From Ostreococcus lucimarinus (lineage: Eukaryota), in NCBI GenBank assembly GCA_000092065.1, contig CP000589.1: a stretch of DNA of 64,000 nucleotides. One strand, given 5' to 3'. Below are positions 59,815 to 64,000 of this stretch, piece after piece. The translations under genes and the position numbers were made by a program. The notes below the pieces were generated by a model that saw only the letters and a program-made list of their open reading frames with translations, was not told the DNA's origin and ran no database searches. How positions within the stretch are numbered: the first letter of the stretch is position 1; each line of letters begins with the position of its first letter.

Positions 59815-60855
59815 ATGGCGTCGCCCGCGCGACGGACGCGCGAGACGGACGACGCGACGGTGAACGCCATGGGTGGCGATCGAAACGTGTTCGCGTCGCG
59901 CGCGTGCGACGCGTGCCGCGCGCTCGGGTCGTTCATGGTGCTCGTCGTGCTGGCGATCGTCGGGCTGACGTACTACGCCACGGTGGTCGTCGTGTACGGA
60001 CCGTTGGCGGCGGAGGGGGGGGAGGACGCGGGCGTGGCGACGGGGGCGCTGTGCGCGTATCACGTCTTCGCGTTCATGCTGCTGTGGTCGTACTTTGCGT
60101 GCGTGCTGACGGCGCCGGGAGACGTGCCGAGGGGGTGGACGCCGGCGCCGGAGGATCCCGAGGAGGCGGCGTCGGAGGCGAAGAAGTCGAACAGCGAAAA
60201 GAGACGGCGGTTTTGTAAAAAGTGCGCGGCGTGGAAGCCGACGCGGACGCACCACTGCTCGGTGTGCAAACGATGCGTGTTGAAGATGGATCATCACTGC
60301 GTGTGGGTCGCGAATTGCGTGGGGGCGTATAACTATAAATTTTTTCTGCAGTTTTTGGCGTACACGTTCTTGGCGACGGTGCTGGATGCGATTTTACTGT
60401 TGAGCAATTTTATAGATTTCTTCAAAGACGTCGAGGAGAGTCAGGCTGCGGGAAGCCAAGGGGCGGACGCGAAGGTCGATCCGGCGGAAGGAACGGAGTT
60501 AGCGGTGGTGTTTGTGACGTTTATAGTCAACGTGGCGTTCTCGGCGTCGTTACTGGGCTTTTTAGTGATGCACGGTAACTTGATCCTGAGCAACATGACG
60601 ACGATCGAAATGTACGAAAAGAAAAAGACGCTTCCGTGGAAGTACGACTTGGGAAGGTTCAGAAACTTCAAGGAAGTGTTTGGAGAGAACGTTTTCATGT
60701 GGTTCCTCCCCGTGCATTCGAGCTCGCACTTGGAAAAGATGCGCGTGAACACGGGGATTTCAGACGGGGAATGTTTAGAAGGCGCCGCGTACGCCAGGGC
60801 GTGCGAAAGCGCGCAACGAGAGGCGACGATCGGGAATAGAAAAGGTCGAGCGTAG
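59815..60855 (+). CDS. DHHC-type protein S-acyltransferase (palmitoyltransferase), 4-TM
   Basis: CKKCAAWKPTRTHHCSVCKRCVLKMDHHCVWVANCVGAYNYKFF (DHHC-CRD) flanked by hydrophobic helices. Confidence 0.85.
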   Translation: MASPARRTRETDDATVNAMGGDRNVFASRACDACRALGSFMVLVVLAIVGLTYYATVVVVYGPLAAEGGEDAGVATGALCAYHVFAFMLLWSYFACVLTAPGDVPRGWTPAPEDPEEAASEAKKSNSEKRRRFCKKCAAWKPTRTHHCSVCKRCVLKMDHHCVWVANCVGAYNYKFFLQFLAYTFLATVLDAILLLSNFIDFFKDVEESQAAGSQGADAKVDPAEGTELAVVFVTFIVNVAFSASLLGFLVMHGNLILSNMTTIEMYEKKKTLPWKYDLGRFRNFKEVFGENVFMWFLPVHSSSHLEKMRVNTGISDGECLEGAAYARACESAQREATIGNRKGRA

Positions 60856-60999
60856 ATTTATTGGATGCAAGCATAGATTTGTCGAGCGCGCGTCGCGTCC
60901 ATGGAGATGTCGACGTCGCGAGCGATACAAGTGACTAGAAAGACGAAGCGCGGGACTATTGTGTAGTATACATGCACTCGCTACTGTCTGCGTCTTTCG

Positions 61000-61227
61000 C
61001 TACCCTCGCCTCGGTTTGCTCATGATTTCTTTCAACATCTGCCGCCTCGCCAGCTCTCTCGGCGCGTTCGCCGCCTCTATTTTCTTCTCCAGCGCCAACT
61101 TCTTCTCGCTCAAATTCTCCAACAACTCGTATCGCAGCTGCGGCATCGCTCGCGAGCGTCTATCGTAATTCTCAATCGCCGTCTTCGCGCTCGAACTGCG
61201 CGTCATCCGAAGCGCACGTCGACGCAT
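61000..61227 (-). CDS. possible small helical protein (MPQLRYELLENLSEKKLALEKKIEAANAPRELARRQMLKEIMS...), unverified
   Basis: Short ORF of non-low-complexity composition. No homology recognised. Confidence 0.25.
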   Translation of the reverse strand: MRRRALRMTRSSSAKTAIENYDRRSRAMPQLRYELLENLSEKKLALEKKIEAANAPRELARRQMLKEIMSKPRRG

Positions 61228-61254
61228 TCGTCAGTCACCCGCGCGCCTTCGTCG

Positions 61255-61620
61255 TTACGCGTCGCCGTCGAGTCCTCGCGCGCGCTCGCTCGGCTCGCAA
61301 CACCAATCGCACCTCATCGCCTTCACCGCCCGCTCGAGCGTCGGCAAATCGCTCGTCGCGCTCGCCTCGCTCTGTATCGCCGCGTTCAGCGTCGTCGTTC
61401 GCAGCACCTCCGCCGCGTCTCGCACGTTCGCCGCCGTCGCGTCGACGCACGCGCGCGCGAACCCATCGACGAAGTGCGTCCCGCGCTTCGCGATGAAACT
61501 CGCGACTTCGCCCCCCCCCGCGCCGTCGCCGCCGCCGACGAGCGCGTGCATCGCGCCCTGCGTCACCGTGTCGCTCACCGCGGACGCCGCGGTGGAGAGC
61601 GTGGACGAGAGCGCGTCCAT
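61255..61620 (-). CDS. possible small protein (MDALSSTLSTAASAVSDTVTQGAMHALVGG...CDWCCEPSE), unverified
   Basis: ORF trimmed to an internal ATG. Divergent from the next ORF. Confidence 0.25.
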   Translation of the reverse strand: MDALSSTLSTAASAVSDTVTQGAMHALVGGGDGAGGGEVASFIAKRGTHFVDGFARACVDATAANVRDAAEVLRTTTLNAAIQSEASATSDLPTLERAVKAMRCDWCCEPSERARGLDGDA

Positions 61621-61901
61621 GGCGCGTCGCGATGTCGCGCGCGGGGCGCGACTCGACGCGCGCGGCATTTCGCCGCCGTCGGCGCGTCATGCGCGCCGTC
61701 GTCTCGGCGCGCGCGCGAAGCGCGCGAAGCGCGCGCATCGAGGCGTCGACGAGCGGCGCGACGGCGCGAGGACTCGCGGCGCGCGCGCGCGGCGCGAGGA
61801 TTCGCGATCGGTGTGGAACGGTTTCGACGACCGTCGAACGACGCGCCGTCGCGCGCGCGCGCGGCGGACGCGAAAGCGACGGGACGGACTCGTTCGACGC
61901 G

Positions 61902-62429
61902 ATGTTTCGCGATCTCGAGCGAGAGACGCGGTGGATGTTCGAGCGCGCGGCGCGCGAGTCGAGGGCGCTCGAGGGACGCCGGCGCGAGGCGCTCGAGCGG
62001 CGGCGAGCGGCGCCGCGCGACGCGGGAATCGGGGACGATTGGCGACGAGAGGAGCGCGGAGAAAAGCTTCTACCCGGAGGTGGGGTGCACAGGTATTACG
62101 TCAGCGAGCGGGTGACGACGTACGGAGGCGCGCCCGCGCGAGGCGCTCGCGTCGGCTCGGCGGTCGGCTCGAGCTCGGGGTTCCTCGCGACGTGCCTCGC
62201 GCTCGGCGTCGCGGCGACGTACGCGAGCCTGGGGAGAAAGTTTTTCAAAGGCTTCGACAGGACGTCGTACAAAGAGGACGCGAAACTCGGTCTCACAGCG
62301 CGCTGGCCGCTGTTGTACGCGTCTTCAAGCAGGTTTCGGGACGAGTTCGCCGCGGCGACGGCGGACCCACCGCGCGACGACGACGATCGCGGCGCGAAAA
62401 AAGACGTCGACGTCGACGTCGACGAGTAG
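61902..62429 (+). CDS. possible small membrane-associated protein (MFRDLERETRWMFERAAR...single hydrophobic helix...acidic tail), unverified
   Basis: ORF 61632..62429 trimmed to the first non-R-rich ATG. Confidence 0.25.
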   Translation: MFRDLERETRWMFERAARESRALEGRRREALERRRAAPRDAGIGDDWRREERGEKLLPGGGVHRYYVSERVTTYGGAPARGARVGSAVGSSSGFLATCLALGVAATYASLGRKFFKGFDRTSYKEDAKLGLTARWPLLYASSSRFRDEFAAATADPPRDDDDRGAKKDVDVDVDE

Positions 62430-62634
62430 CTCACGTAGCGTTCAGACGTGTCCATTTCAACACTTTGTGCGATTCAAAAAACCATCCGGGCGTCGGTTCA
62501 AAAAACCATCCGCGCGTCGGTCGCCGCACAGTCAGCGTCGTCCGCGGAATATCTTTCTAGAAAGTCGACCCCGACCCCGGCAAACCTCCGCGCGCGCGCG
62601 CGCCGCCGGACGCGCGCGCGCGCGCACGAGCGCC

Positions 62635-64000
62635 ATGGACGCGACGTCGGCCACCGCGCGCGTCGCGACGCGCGCGCGCGGCATCGGCGTGCGAAACGCT
62701 GCGCGACCGGGTGTCCCCGCGCGCGCGCACCGCGCGACGCGTCGCGCGCGACGCGACGCGACGGCGAGAGCGTCGGAGCGCGCGGACGACGAACGCACCG
62801 CGGGACCCGACAGTCTGCGCACGCGGGCGCGAACGGCGGTGGACGCGGCGAACGCGGCGCTCGGGACGGGCTCCGCGGCGCGTTCGCGCGAGAGCGCGGC
62901 GGGACGACGGCGCTCGAGCGAGCCCGCGCGCGTCGAGGCGAACGATGGGGTGGAGTACGACGTTAAATTAATCGTCACTGATGTCGATGGAACGCTGTTG
63001 GACTCGAAGCAGCGGTTGAGCGAGAGGACGGCGGCGGCGCTGCGGGAAGCGGCGGAGTTGGGCGTGCGCACCGTCGTCGCCACGGGGAAGACCAGAGGGC
63101 CGTGGGCGCGCAAGCTGTACGACGAGCTCGGGCGGGATAACAAGAAGATGCCTGGGTTATTCATACAAGGTCTCATCACGTGCGACGGACTCGGGAAGAC
63201 GATCAAGAGTCGGACGCTGGATAAGGCGTACGTGAAGGATATTTTGCGCTTTGCGCAAGCGCGAGACTGCACGATTGTGGCGTTTTGCGACACTAAGATC
63301 GTGTGTTCGACGCGAAATGAGCTCACGGACAAAGTCTTAGACTACGGCGAGCCAGAACCGGTGGAGTGCGGAGATTTATTGGCCAAGAGCGATGAGTACG
63401 ACGTCAACAAGTTGTTACTCTTTTGCGACGACGCCGACGTGCAACGATACCGCCTCGAGGTGCGCGGAAGCTCGCTCTCCGACGCATGCGATGTTACCGT
63501 GGCCGTGTCCGGTATGTTAGAATTCTTACCGAAAGGTGCGAGCAAAGGCGCCGCTGTTCGCGAGCTGTGTGAGTCGTTGGAAATCGATTTAGCCAACGTC
63601 CTGGCGCTGGGCGACGGTGAAAACGACAAGGAAATGCTAACCTACGCGGGTGTCGGCGTCGCCGTCGGAAATGCGAGCGACGCCACGAAAGCGGTGGCGG
63701 ATATTGTTTTGGACGAAACGAACGATGATGACGCCGTGGCTGTGGCTATAGAAAGGTACGTGCTTCCGGTATTGAGACGCGAAGCCAAAGCCAAGGCGGA
63801 GGCAGAGGCGGAAGCAAAGCGCAAGCTGAAAGAAGAAGCTAAAGCCAAGGCCACAGCAAAGGTTCAGGCAGCGAAAGAAAAAGCGGAGTATCAAGTGCTT
63901 TTAAGACAAAAGACCGAAGACGAGCGCAGAGAGGCGGAAGCTGAGCTCGAGGCTGAGCTCGAGTTGAAGGTCGAAACTGAGGAAAAATTGCTCGGATTGG
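62635..64000 (+). CDS. HAD-superfamily hydrolase, Cof-like (subfamily IIB), with presequence; 3' end runs off the window
   Basis: KLIVTDVDGTLLD (motif I DxDGT), VVATGK (motif II), LALGDGENDKEML / GVAVGNAS (motifs III/IV). This frame has no stop before the window end, so it is absent from the ORF track. ATG at 62635. Confidence 0.7.
   Translation, partial: MDATSATARVATRARGIGVRNAARPGVPARAHRATRRARRDATARASERADDERTAGPDSLRTRARTAVDAANAALGTGSAARSRESAAGRRRSSEPARVEANDGVEYDVKLIVTDVDGTLLDSKQRLSERTAAALREAAELGVRTVVATGKTRGPWARKLYDELGRDNKKMPGLFIQGLITCDGLGKTIKSRTLDKAYVKDILRFAQARDCTIVAFCDTKIVCSTRNELTDKVLDYGEPEPVECGDLLAKSDEYDVNKLLLFCDDADVQRYRLEVRGSSLSDACDVTVAVSGMLEFLPKGASKGAAVRELCESLEIDLANVLALGDGENDKEMLTYAGVGVAVGNASDATKAVADIVLDETNDDDAVAVAIERYVLPVLRREAKAKAEAEAEAKRKLKEEAKAKATAKVQAAKEKAEYQVLLRQKTEDERREAEAELEAELELKVETEEKLLGL

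Noticed and set aside
1-64000. Prokaryotic-style interpretation (operons, RBS, CRISPR, integrons)
   Set aside because: A spliceosomal intron with a branch-point motif and exclusively eukaryotic protein families (snRNP, MYST, Vps18, Josephin, V-ATPase E, DHHC). No CRISPR-like regularly spaced repeats were seen; all periodic repeats found are coding microsatellites or tandem duplications.

Overview
The window is a GC-rich (roughly 65-70% overall), gene-dense stretch of eukaryotic nuclear DNA. Evidence for eukaryotic origin: at least one GT...AG spliceosomal intron with a CTGAC branch-point-like motif, and protein families such as U2 snRNP A', MYST histone acetyltransferase, Vps18, ataxin-3 and V-ATPase subunit E. 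The content includes a CCT-motif protein, a stromal or thylakoid-type ascorbate peroxidase, a DUF1499-like lumenal protein and a selenocysteine-containing MsrA. Gene spacing is ultra-compact (43-200 bp) and most genes are intronless, including one with a 6.4-kb ORF. This points to a unicellular green alga with a compact genome (prasinophyte / Mamiellophyceae-like). That assignment is inference only. About 40 protein-coding genes on both strands are supported. No rRNA, tRNA, CRISPR array or clear transposon was found. Many long R/A/P-rich ORFs in the six-frame track are off-frame or antisense artefacts of the GC-rich sequence and were discarded; several gene starts were moved to internal ATGs for the same reason. 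Three features stand out. (1) An MsrA gene has an in-frame TGA exactly at the catalytic-Cys position (G-U-F-W-G), which makes it a probable selenoprotein; an automatic ORF caller splits it in two. (2) An 884-aa, six-TM, Cys- and N-glycosylation-site-rich membrane protein is built from three tandem copies of a [juxtamembrane motif - TM - ~190-aa ectodomain - TM] module, with no recognisable family. (3) That gene is bracketed by two ~110-130-bp direct copies of the 3' end of the ascorbate peroxidase gene, and an orphan Walker-A-like fragment sits at one junction. Other points: a MOV10/SDE3-like helicase with three N-terminal U1/matrin-type zinc fingers, a phage-type YqaJ-like exonuclease, a Josephin-UIM-UBX ataxin-3 homologue, a strong 5'->3' GC decay inside long genes, and several in-frame coding tandem duplications and microsatellites.
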